From contig CBDCEW010000078.1 in assembly GCA_965215885.1 (NCBI GenBank), positions 17,759-81,758 of the forward strand: a DNA stretch of 64,000 nt. Reading direction: 5' to 3'. Of the stretch, positions 18,414-27,771 are shown piece after piece; the first letter of the stretch is position 1; each line of letters starts with the position of its first letter. The translations under genes and the position numbers were made by a program. The stretch is from Candidatus Moanibacter sp. (lineage in GTDB: Bacteria > Verrucomicrobiota > Verrucomicrobiia > Opitutales > UBA2987). Below the pieces are notes generated by a model, which did not search any database, was not told the DNA's origin, and was given only the letters and a program-made list of their open reading frames with translations.

Positions 18414-20360
18414 ATGCACATCACCGATGCGCAACTCGCGTACGGCATGGACATTAAAATTTCCAATCAGCAGCGGCACCCACTCACGGTAACGATCGGT
18501 GAGGAGGGCCTCATGAGTATCTCCTCGCCACAGGCGGCAATCGTATCCGCCGCGCACCTTCTGCTGCCGCGCCTGGCGCCGGCGTTCCTGAACTGCGCGG
18601 ATCCCAGTGACGATGAGGCAATCGGGGCGCCACCGCGTCTCGAAGACGGGAGACTGGACGAGGAGGACGCGCGCAGCGGACGGCGGTGTTTCCGGCTGAC
18701 TGGAATTTTGCGCCATCCGGTGCGGCGCGAGCACCGCCTGTATTACGAGGCTCGCGTTTCACTTGGGAGCGCTCCGCTGATCGAGGTCGAGTACGCCCGG
18801 GTCCGCAGCCTGGACGGAAGAATCACCCTCACCCACTGGGAGCATCACCTGCTCCTTGATTCGTGCGATTCGGTGCTCTTCGAAGCGCTGGATGAGCCGC
18901 GCCAAGTAGCGGTCTTCGATCTGGTGTTGGGGCCCGGTTCCGGGGCGGAGGCCCTCGCCGTGCGTGACCGGAACTGGTGGCTGGTGCTGGCGTCGAGTGA
19001 TCTTGGGAACTATCGGGAGGGGGCATTTTCCCTGCGCAGCGACCCTGAGCGCCCCGGAGTCCATCATTTCGGCTTGCATCGGATCAGCCCGGATTGGGCC
19101 TACAGCGGGGCGATTCACCAGAGCCTGGAATCAATCGATCTTCCCGACGGCGGCGCACTTTCGGCGAGCTTCACCCTCGAGGTGCAGAGCCAGCCGCCGC
19201 TCCCGGACGCGTTGCATCCCAGCGAAGGCGGTCGCTACAACGAAACACCGGGCAGCCCGGAGGCCGAGGTTCTCTACCTGCATCGTCCACCTCCACGGGA
19301 TACCGTCGACAAGAACGCACGACTCGCCGAGAGAATCCGCGAGAAAATCGAGTTTTTCACCATCACCGGCGGGCGGCTGCACGGGCTGCACTGGGGCGGG
19401 TACTGCCACATCAACAAGCGCCACTTGGAGGCCCCGGTGAATCGCGCCGAGTACGCCGAGTACATGCTGAACGAGTACGTGCGCAGTGGCGATGCATGGT
19501 GGCTCGAGCGGGTGCTGGAGTTCGCCCGCGCGCATCTCGATTTGATGTACTTGACGAGAGAACCCGACCCCCTGCACGGTGGCGTTCGCCATCGCGGCAC
19601 GATTCACGTTGTGACGCCCATCCGCTCGTGTCGCACTGCCAACCTGCTCCTCAACCTCTACGCGATGACCGGAGATGAAGTCTATCGGCGGGCTGCGATC
19701 GCGAACGGTGACTACCTTTTGCGCCACGTGGTCGATGCCCAGGCGAGGCAGGCGGCCGCCTGCCGGGAGCTCGCCGCTCTATGGAGACACACCGGCGAAG
19801 AGCGGTTCGCGCAGGGGGCGCGGACCGTCGTCGATCGAGTGGCAAGCTATCAAGAAACGGACGGCAGCTGGCACCAGGTCTACAACCCCGATGGCAGCGT
19901 GACTGAGCGGCACAAACACGAAGCCGGGGAGTACAGCGTCGCCGCGCCGCGCAAGCCGGAGATGGCGAGTTATAACATCATAGGGATGCTGGACATGGTG
20001 ACGGTGCTGCCTTACGAACCGGCGGAGCAGGCGGCCCGGCGCGCCCTGGACTGGCTGGTCTCCGTACAGTCGGAGGCTGGTGGTTGGCGCTTTCCCGCCT
20101 ACAATAGTGTGGGGCTGTGGGGGCACGGCGCGTTCCAGGACGCCCACGCGATGTTCCTCGGTTATGGGCAATTCGGCGACCAGCGCTACCTGACGGCGGG
20201 AACACGGGTTTTCTCCTGGGCTGTTCAGCTCCTTGAGGAGCGCGGCTATATACCGACTGTCGTCGGTTTCTGGCCCTATGAGCAGACCGAGGCAAGCCTC
20301 TCCTATTTCTACGGCCTGGAGGCGCTCGCCGCGCTGCGCAGTCTGAAAGGTAACCAATGA
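18414..20360 (+). CDS. Hypothetical protein with a C-terminal (alpha/alpha) toroid domain, possibly carbohydrate-active
   Basis: 648 aa with AAGGAG RBS. LYAMTGDEVY, QETDGSW and QSEAGGW helical-barrel repeats. Confidence 0.6.
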   Translation: MHITDAQLAYGMDIKISNQQRHPLTVTIGEEGLMSISSPQAAIVSAAHLLLPRLAPAFLNCADPSDDEAIGAPPRLEDGRLDEEDARSGRRCFRLTGILRHPVRREHRLYYEARVSLGSAPLIEVEYARVRSLDGRITLTHWEHHLLLDSCDSVLFEALDEPRQVAVFDLVLGPGSGAEALAVRDRNWWLVLASSDLGNYREGAFSLRSDPERPGVHHFGLHRISPDWAYSGAIHQSLESIDLPDGGALSASFTLEVQSQPPLPDALHPSEGGRYNETPGSPEAEVLYLHRPPPRDTVDKNARLAERIREKIEFFTITGGRLHGLHWGGYCHINKRHLEAPVNRAEYAEYMLNEYVRSGDAWWLERVLEFARAHLDLMYLTREPDPLHGGVRHRGTIHVVTPIRSCRTANLLLNLYAMTGDEVYRRAAIANGDYLLRHVVDAQARQAAACRELAALWRHTGEERFAQGARTVVDRVASYQETDGSWHQVYNPDGSVTERHKHEAGEYSVAAPRKPEMASYNIIGMLDMVTVLPYEPAEQAARRALDWLVSVQSEAGGWRFPAYNSVGLWGHGAFQDAHAMFLGYGQFGDQRYLTAGTRVFSWAVQLLEERGYIPTVVGFWPYEQTEASLSYFYGLEALAALRSLKGNQ

Positions 20361-21256
20361 TGCCGCCGGTTCTGCATCTGTGCTTCACGATCGACTGCGA
20401 GCAACTGCACGAAGACTATCAGAAGGTTTCCCTGGCTGAGGGCCCGGTTGACTGGCAAGCCAGCGAAGGGGCGCTCGCTTCGTTTGCCGCGCTCGTAGAA
20501 GAACGCGACGGTGTCGCCACATTCTACGTGGTTCCCCGCGCAGCGGCCGAGCACGGGCGCCTTTTGAGGGAGATCGAGAGCAGGGGCCACGAAGTGGGGC
20601 TGCATCTGCATCCCTGCGTCTTCGAGGAGGTCGGCCGGTATAGCATAGGTACCGCAGCCCGGTCCCGGGAGGAGCAGGCCGAGCTGCTCCGTGCCGCCCG
20701 CGACCGCTGGGCGGAAGCGATTGGCGCGCCGCCCGCCACCTTTCGTGCCGGAAACTTCTCCGCCAATGGCGACACGTTCAGCGTTTGCGCAGAGCTGGGG
20801 ATGCGGCACGGCTCGGTGAGCAGTCCGGGGCGCGACGTGCCGGAGATTGCAGCGGTGTGGAAGCACAGCCCCGTATGGCCGGTAGAGCGCGAGGGATTCA
20901 TCGACGTGCCACTCACGACGATCCCCAGCGAGATTCGCCCGAACGGGTTTCCCCTGGAGTTGCGGATCGAACGGACCGGAGACTCGCCGGATGACATGCC
21001 ACTGCGGGTGTTGCGGAGCCGTCTGGCCGAGATCGCCTCCTGGCCTCCCGAGAGCCCGAGGGTGCTGGTGGCGCTGACCCATACCAGTGTCCCCTACCAT
21101 CTGCGCCCCGCCCGTGAGCTCGCGGTCATCGATCGGGTGGTCGAGGAGTCACGCCGATGGGCAGAGCACAATGGCTATCGGCTTGCCCTCTCCACGGTTG
21201 GGGAAATGGTGCGAGCGTTTCGTGCAGGACATGAGGAGGTGAAGAGTGACACGTGA
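20357..21256 (+). CDS. Polysaccharide deacetylase (NodB-like) family protein
   Basis: FTIDCE, ATFYV, HEVGLHLHP, FRAGNF. ATGA overlap with the upstream gene. Confidence 0.85.
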   Translation: MMPPVLHLCFTIDCEQLHEDYQKVSLAEGPVDWQASEGALASFAALVEERDGVATFYVVPRAAAEHGRLLREIESRGHEVGLHLHPCVFEEVGRYSIGTAARSREEQAELLRAARDRWAEAIGAPPATFRAGNFSANGDTFSVCAELGMRHGSVSSPGRDVPEIAAVWKHSPVWPVEREGFIDVPLTTIPSEIRPNGFPLELRIERTGDSPDDMPLRVLRSRLAEIASWPPESPRVLVALTHTSVPYHLRPARELAVIDRVVEESRRWAEHNGYRLALSTVGEMVRAFRAGHEEVKSDT

Positions 21257-21345
21257 TCGAAGAGCCAGGAGAGTTTCTTGCTCGCAGCGCGTGGGAGCGA
21301 CGGTTCTACACATGAAAACGCCTCTTTGGAATAGGAGTATAACAT

Positions 21346-23064
21346 ATGGATAACACGAAACAGGAAACACTCGTTCTAATTGACAAAGGAAGCATCCACG
21401 ATGTCTTCCTGACGGCTCAGGTGTATCTCGAAGAGGCCTGTATTCGCCTGCTGCGGGGCCGCTCCATGGCCTTTTCGAGAAAGGAGCTAGGAAGAGGAGA
21501 CTTTCACATCAGAGCTGAGCTCTGCATCAAAGACAAAACGCCGTTTCACCAGAGGGAGTATCTCCCTCGAAGCCGTTACTACCCCAACGCGGCCTTCATC
21601 TTCAGCGGCGGAGGGTCGTGGGAAAAGGGAGAGGTGGATTTGCGCATGAGCGGGTTCATTCCCGAAACGGTAAGAAAGTACAACACATTCGAGTTCAGCC
21701 AAAGAGGCTTTTTCAGACTAAAAGGCCCCATTTTGAATAATCTTCAGAAAGACATTCTAGGCAAAGGGTGGCTGTATGACGGCGAGTTCTTCGTTTTTGA
21801 GGTATTTAGAAAGGAGAATACGCTCTCATTCGTCGTCGATGGCTCAACCATCTACTCGACCCCTTTCCAAGAGGAGGAATTCGGGAAATTCGGGTTTGCA
21901 GGACTTGGCAATGACGAAATGGTCATCAAATCGCTCGAAGCAAAAGGAGAGTTTAAGGAATGGACACCTCCTCCTCCGCTGACCAGGTATAGAGAAGGGT
22001 ACAATGTACCGGTAGTCGATCTTTCACAGGATTCGTCCCGACAGGTGATCGTCGCTCCCGGGGAGGATGTTGCCTCCTACACCAAGGGGGATCATACACT
22101 GGATAGCACGGAAGGTTTCCAGCATCCGACTACGCTCCTGCTCGATGACGGCAGCACCATGTTCTGCGTGTTCTCCGCCGGCCATGGCGGAAGCTGCGGG
22201 CCGCTAAACGTGAGTCATGACGGAGGCCTGACCTGGACATGGGCACAAACACCCGAGAACTGGAAGACAGCCGGTAACGGCCCCTGTATCCATAAACTCA
22301 ACGATAAGGATGGAACTCAAAGACTCTTCGTCTTTGCCCGGAGAGAGGAAAACTCGCCCATGGTCCAGACGGTGTCTCTTGACAATGGGATTACCTGGAG
22401 CGAATTCGAGGAGAATGGGCTGCAATGCGTGGTTCCGCCTATCACGATAAAAGCTATATCGGGGGACCGGCACCTCGCTTTGTTCGATATTCGAGGTGAT
22501 AGGATCCATCAGAGCATTTCCAGTGACGGAGGTTTGACCTGGGAATCCCAAAAGGAGATAACCGACGGTTCTCTCTGCCTCTCCGAGCCCTGTATTATCC
22601 GTTCGCCCGATGGAAATCAGTTGTTGGCCATATTAAGAGAAAACTCCTTCTGGTATAATTCATACGCCATCATAAGCGATGATGAAGGGGAAACCTGGAG
22701 CGCTCCTTTTGAAATGCCCGGAGCGGTCACCGGACACAGGCACCTGGCTCGCTATGACGAAGACGGACGGATTGTGATGGTTTTCCGTGATATGGCCAGA
22801 GCCACCAAAACGCCTTCCGACTTCGTTGGGTGGGTAGGCACTTACGATGACTTGGTGAACTGTGGGGAGGGGCAGTACCGGCTCCGGCTTATTGAAAACA
22901 GCAAATACCAACCGGATAACCCGGGCTTCACCGGCTATCCCGGTCTCGAAAGGCTGCCGGACGGTACCTTTGTTGCCACTACCTATGCCGTGCTGTCCCC
23001 GGGACCGATTGCATCCATTGTTTCGGTCCGGTTTAAGCTGAGTGAGGTGGACGAACTCTCATGA
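21346..23064 (+). CDS. BNR-repeat sialidase-like protein with an N-terminal beta-sandwich domain
   Basis: SxDGGxTW Asp-boxes, QHPTTLLL, GYPGLERLPDGTFVATTY. AGGAG RBS. Confidence 0.85.
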   Translation: MDNTKQETLVLIDKGSIHDVFLTAQVYLEEACIRLLRGRSMAFSRKELGRGDFHIRAELCIKDKTPFHQREYLPRSRYYPNAAFIFSGGGSWEKGEVDLRMSGFIPETVRKYNTFEFSQRGFFRLKGPILNNLQKDILGKGWLYDGEFFVFEVFRKENTLSFVVDGSTIYSTPFQEEEFGKFGFAGLGNDEMVIKSLEAKGEFKEWTPPPPLTRYREGYNVPVVDLSQDSSRQVIVAPGEDVASYTKGDHTLDSTEGFQHPTTLLLDDGSTMFCVFSAGHGGSCGPLNVSHDGGLTWTWAQTPENWKTAGNGPCIHKLNDKDGTQRLFVFARREENSPMVQTVSLDNGITWSEFEENGLQCVVPPITIKAISGDRHLALFDIRGDRIHQSISSDGGLTWESQKEITDGSLCLSEPCIIRSPDGNQLLAILRENSFWYNSYAIISDDEGETWSAPFEMPGAVTGHRHLARYDEDGRIVMVFRDMARATKTPSDFVGWVGTYDDLVNCGEGQYRLRLIENSKYQPDNPGFTGYPGLERLPDGTFVATTYAVLSPGPIASIVSVRFKLSEVDELS

Positions 23065-24245
23065 TGATGCAAAAACAAGAACTCAGAGCTGAACTGAGAA
23101 GGATGCTGGGTATTCCTGCCGAGCGATGCGATCTACAACCCGAATCCCGTGGACAGTTCAATAGAGACGGGATCGAAATCGAGAAATGGATCTGGACAAG
23201 TGAGGAAGGATCCAGGGTTCCATCCGTTCTCTACTTACCCAAGGACCGAAAGGGAATGGTTCCAGCCATTGTCCTCACATTCGGCCATGGAGGCAGCAAA
23301 AGCTCCTGGCAGTACATCTATATGGCCCAGACATACGCAAAGTTGGGAGTAGCCTGCCTTGCCCTGGATCCTATCGGGGAGGAAGAGAGGAATATAAAGG
23401 GCGATATGGGCACGCGGGACCACGACCCCAAACCCGTTATCCAAAGGGCGGACGCGGCGGGTAGGATGATCATGGGTAAACTGGTATTCGACACCATGCG
23501 GGGTATCGATTACCTTCTCACCAGACAAGATATTGACCACAACCGTATCGGAGTTGGCGGGAACTCCTTAGGAGGCGCCAAAGCGGGCTGGATGCTGGGC
23601 CTGGATACGAGGATAAGAGTGGCCCTCGTCTCCGGCTGGGCCTTCGGTGACCACATGCTGGTATCCGGCAAACTCTGCACAACCGTGCCGAACAAGCGCC
23701 TCAGAGAACGCTGCAATTGGCCCGAATACCTCTCTCTCGCCGCACCCCACTGCGCTGTCCTCATTCTAAACGGGGACGCGGATGTGATCATAGACAGAAA
23801 CGGAGATGGAACCGCTTGGCGGGAAACCCGCTCTTCGGTAGCGGGAACGGCCAGAATCTACGAATCCATGGGGGCGGACGGAAAGATTCAATGCTGGTTT
23901 GAAAAGGAAGGCGGACACCGCCCCTATCCTGCCTGTAAGGTCGCATTGGAGTGGATCCACAGGCACATTGGGACGCCAGGTTGGAACCTTGAGGCGATAC
24001 ATTCTCTCCCCACAATCAACTCCGGACAATGGTGCGACGCCAATGACGTGGAACTCGAAAGGCTCTATGGAACCGATCTGCATCAAAGGGGAGCGACTCT
24101 ACCGCACCTTGGCCTTCGCATCATTCCGAGGGAGGATCTGGCATGTCTGCGTCCGGATGAGATTGGCGATCCCCAATACACCCTTGAGGGATGGCTTGAT
24201 ACCATAGAGAAGCGGAGCCGCCCCGCGACAGGCTCGGGGCCCTGA
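23061..24245 (+). CDS. Alpha/beta hydrolase (acetylxylan esterase/dienelactone hydrolase-like)
   Basis: GHGGSK, LDPIGEEER, GNSLGG nucleophile elbow, GGHRPY. Confidence 0.85.
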   Translation: MMMQKQELRAELRRMLGIPAERCDLQPESRGQFNRDGIEIEKWIWTSEEGSRVPSVLYLPKDRKGMVPAIVLTFGHGGSKSSWQYIYMAQTYAKLGVACLALDPIGEEERNIKGDMGTRDHDPKPVIQRADAAGRMIMGKLVFDTMRGIDYLLTRQDIDHNRIGVGGNSLGGAKAGWMLGLDTRIRVALVSGWAFGDHMLVSGKLCTTVPNKRLRERCNWPEYLSLAAPHCAVLILNGDADVIIDRNGDGTAWRETRSSVAGTARIYESMGADGKIQCWFEKEGGHRPYPACKVALEWIHRHIGTPGWNLEAIHSLPTINSGQWCDANDVELERLYGTDLHQRGATLPHLGLRIIPREDLACLRPDEIGDPQYTLEGWLDTIEKRSRPATGSGP

Positions 24246-24523
24246 GGCTCTCGAACGGGCAACTGAACTGGAAGGACCTCACACGGAGAAGAGAATTGAA
24301 CAGAAGGAAACAGAGAGAATCGGAGAGGAATAAGAGAGGAAAACGGTAGGACCCACGGATGGCTCCGCAGTACCACGGATGGAAGAGGAGGTTTCCCGCG
24401 GATTCGAGAAAGCCGTATTTAAAAAACTAACTTATGACGGATTCCGCGGATGGCAGGAATAGAGAGAGGAATTTGGATTGCAGCAAATGAATCCGCGGAG
24501 CGGTCAGTTCTCCACTTCAGAGG

Positions 24524-24583
24524 GATATTAGCCGGCGATGTGTGTTTTTATCGACTTTGTGGATCGGCTGGGTCTACTAGCCC
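24524..24583. repeat. 60-bp perfect direct repeat, copy 1
   Basis: GATATTAGCCGGCGATGTGTGTTTTTATCGACTTTGTGGATCGGCTGGGTCTACTAGCCC, identical to 25720-25779. Confidence 0.95.
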
Positions 24584-25719
24584 TAAAATAAGCGCGTTTA
24601 AAGGTTGAACAGGAAACTTCGTTATTCCTAACGTTATTTGCCATGGAGAGCTGTAGATTTTTCGAAAGAATGGTTGGTGAGTCGAAAGCCGCCGGACCCG
24701 CCGCAGAAGGAACTACCCCCGCCGGTTGGGCATGAGTAATCCATACCACGCCTTCAGGTTCCAGGCCAATGCTGTCATTACCATATAGGCCCAATTGCTC
24801 GATCATCCACGGGATTATCGCATTAATAACGTTTCCTGATCGAGCGTTGAAATTCGAACATCGAGGTCCCTACATTAAACGATCTCCAACACTTCGCACA
24901 CTGAGTTCTTAATAGTCCCTTGGGCCGGTCCAACTCGTTCTTGTTTTCAAAATGTTCAGCTATTTCATGCTTTATTCCAGGCCGTTCCTGAACTCCTCGG
25001 CCGCCAGATCCCGCTTCGACCTCAACCCTCCACCGATCGAAGTTTTACTGTCAACGAAAAGTCCGTATCTTTTTGCCCTCGCAAGCAGATTTTCCCCGCA
25101 TGCGCACGCACAAGTTCCACCGCCCGATCAATCCACTTTACGCATCCCTCATGGCTAGTCTCATTGCCCGGTCGATTCACCATGTAGAGCACTTCCCTGG
25201 TATTTGCCAAACTCACGATCAGCGGTGCATAGCCCCAGATCCCCTTATAGCTTATTCCCATACCCCCTTTGCACTTCCCTCTCGTCTGCGCTATCGTCCC
25301 GTCCACATCGATGAACGCCTCCTCCATGATCCTTTTGCCTGCTTGTTCCACACCCCTTGCCGTATCCGGTTGATCCCTTCCATCAATTTTTCGATCGCGC
25401 CTTCATCAAAGCGTCGGGTGAAGTCTCCACTGGTCGTCGGATCCGGTATCCTCTGCGCTCCTAAGGCATTCAGAAAAACCTCGTCCTTGCGGCGCAATTC
25501 GATGTCTTCGAGCCGGATCCCTCCCAATAATGCGTTGTCGGCTATGTTGAGCACATGATCACTCTCATGATACGGCAGGTGGCGCTTGAGCAACTGCACG
25601 CTCTGGTCGAGCTCTTCCACCAACCCCAGTCTCTTCACCATCAGGTGAATCGCTCCTATCCCTCCACAACTCACCCCTTTGCCTCGTTCGGCCGTCTCGT
25701 AGTGGATGTTGCTCGCTTT
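24581..25719 (-). mobile_element. IS1380-family transposase remnant (frameshifted, deleted)
   Basis: ASNIHYE..GGIGAIH..HLPYHESDHVLNIA..IPDPTTSGDF, IDVDGT..SYKGIWGYAPL..NRPGN, and SNWAYMVMTALAWNLKAW in separate frames. Confidence 0.88.
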
Positions 25720-25779
25720 GATATTAGCCGGCGATGTGTGTTTTTATCGACTTTGTGGATCGGCTGGGTCTACTAGCCC
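25720..25779. repeat. 60-bp perfect direct repeat, copy 2
   Basis: Identical to 24524-24583. Confidence 0.95.
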
Positions 25780-25950
25780 GGACATTTCACACACTTCGTA
25801 GCGAGACGGTGTAGATCGCTGCCTGTCAATGCCTTTCTGCAGCACGGCGGGCGACAGAGTGTCGAGACCCTCTGAGGTCGCCGGGCAAAGGAAGGCATTG
25901 ACAGGCGGTGAGATCCGTCGTCGTAGTAGAAGGCTTGTAAAATGCTCGGG
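25777..25950. mobile_element. MITE with IS1380-like terminal inverted repeats
   Basis: CCCGGACATTTCACA ... TGTAAAATGCTCGGG, internal IR GCCTGTCAATGCCTT/AAGGCATTGACAGGC, homolog at 54843-55022. Confidence 0.7.
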
Positions 25951-25978
25951 CGAGCTGGCTGATAAGTAATAAGGAAAT

Positions 25979-27541
25979 ATGACAGAACGAAAGACGGATG
26001 AAAGTACCGCTCTCGCCTCGGAGTCCGGCGGAAACAGAGTGCCGCTGAACATCGTCTGGATCATTGCTGACGACCTCGGTTACGGCGACCTGAATTGCTA
26101 TACTCCGTACTATGTCGTCGGGGAAGCTCGGCGAACCCTGGCCAAGACGCCGAACATCGATGCCCTGGCCCGGCGAGGTATGCTGTTTACGGACTGCTAC
26201 GCGGGCCAGTCCATGTGCGCCCCGTCGCGTGCGTGCGCGCTTACGGGCCAGCACGTCGGCCACAACAACTGCCGGGAAATCTGGGCGAGCAAGCACGGCG
26301 TGCGCATCGGGTTGAAACGGGGGACGCCAACCTTCGCGAACATGCTCAAGGAAGCAGGATATAAAACCGGTTACTTTGGGAAATGGCATGCCCTCGCCCA
26401 GACCCGGGGGATGCATGGGAACGACAAGGAGATCATGCCGCATTTCGGCTGGGAAGAATGGTTGTTGCACGCGTCAGACGACCGCGGCACCAACCATTGG
26501 CCGTCCCATGTCCTATTGAATGGAGAGCGAATCGCATTAAATGAGAACCAGTTCGCCCACTACTCGCGCGAAAGAAACTGGCGCGACGGACGTCCAAAGG
26601 TGGTAAAACACGGCCGCTTTTTCGGCGACGTGGTTACCGAGCACGCATGCGGGTTTTTCAAACGTAACCGTGGAGAGCCTTTCGTGGCCCATCTTGGGTT
26701 CTCCGCCCCACACACTCAGTTCGAGGCGCCCGATCGCGACGAGCTCGCTGAAGAACGGGGCTGGGATCCCGAAACCGCGGGATATGTGTGGATGGTCGAG
26801 CAATTCGACAGAGATGTCGGGACGATCCTCGACTGCTTGCGGCAACTTGATCTGGAAAAGAACACTGTGGTCTTCGTCACTTCGGATCACGGCGGCATCA
26901 ACTACGGCAAATGGAACGATTCCGATTTCCGCGGACTGACTCGCGAGCAGCCGATTAACGGCGGCCTCTATCGGGGCAAGTCCTTTCTTTACGAGGGTGG
27001 CATCCGCGTACCCATGATTGTCTCCTGTCCGGGAACCATCCCGGAAAGAGCGGTTTCCCGGGAACCGTGGTATTTCGCCGACGCCATGGCGACGTTCGCC
27101 GATATCGCCGGAGCCGTACCGTTCCTTCCGGAGAATCTCGACAGCCGCAGCGTGTGGCCCGTGCTACGCGGCGAGCGCGAGCATCTCGATGTCCGCCCGC
27201 TCTATTGGGAGAGTTACAACCAATGCTCCGGGGGCTTTCTCCAAGTCGTTCGCAAGGGATCGTGGAAGCTGATGAGGTTCAGTTCCCTGGTGCGCCGCCA
27301 CCCCTCCAATCCCGAACTGCCCAAAACGTCGCCCCCTGCCTACCTTGAGCTCTACAACCTCGAGGAGGACAAGGGCGAGCGAATTAATGGTGCCGAAGAC
27401 CATGCCGAGATCTGCCGGGAGCTGACCGGGATCATGAACGAGACCCACACCCCGCATCCGGATTTTCCGCTGAGCGAAACCGAGCAGAGAGTGTTCGAAA
27501 TCCGGACCTGGGACGATATTGCCGGCGTATTTTCAAATTGA
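25979..27541 (+). CDS. Arylsulfatase (Cys-type)
   Basis: IADDLGYGDL, CAPSRACALTG, GKWH, TSDHG, LYEGGIRVP. Confidence 0.93.
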   Translation: MTERKTDESTALASESGGNRVPLNIVWIIADDLGYGDLNCYTPYYVVGEARRTLAKTPNIDALARRGMLFTDCYAGQSMCAPSRACALTGQHVGHNNCREIWASKHGVRIGLKRGTPTFANMLKEAGYKTGYFGKWHALAQTRGMHGNDKEIMPHFGWEEWLLHASDDRGTNHWPSHVLLNGERIALNENQFAHYSRERNWRDGRPKVVKHGRFFGDVVTEHACGFFKRNRGEPFVAHLGFSAPHTQFEAPDRDELAEERGWDPETAGYVWMVEQFDRDVGTILDCLRQLDLEKNTVVFVTSDHGGINYGKWNDSDFRGLTREQPINGGLYRGKSFLYEGGIRVPMIVSCPGTIPERAVSREPWYFADAMATFADIAGAVPFLPENLDSRSVWPVLRGEREHLDVRPLYWESYNQCSGGFLQVVRKGSWKLMRFSSLVRRHPSNPELPKTSPPAYLELYNLEEDKGERINGAEDHAEICRELTGIMNETHTPHPDFPLSETEQRVFEIRTWDDIAGVFSN

Positions 27542-27554
27542 ATCGGAGCGAGAC

Positions 27555-27657
27555 GATCGCGGGATAAACCCTCCTACAATTGGAATGTCTAATCGAACAC
27601 CCGCCAGGGATGTAGGCCTTCGACCGGCTCAGGCCAGGGAGGGTTGATCCCGCGATC
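27555..27657. repeat. REPIN 3 with a 23-nt hairpin inserted in its right arm
   Basis: GATCGCGGGATAAACCCTCCTACA ... TGTAGG[CCTTCGACCGGCTCAGGCCAGGG]AGGGTTGATCCCGCGATC. Confidence 0.85.
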
Positions 27658-27771
27658 GAACTTTTCTGACGTGCTTGCCCTTCCGAGTCCCTTCTGCCAC
27701 GCTCATTCGCAGGAAGGCGCCCATTTCCATTTCGAAGCCGATTGAGACTACGGGGTAAAGCAACCTGTTTT

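Noticed and set aside
24524..25779. Integron attC cassette
   Set aside because: No RYYYAAC/GTTRRRY ends and no integrase.
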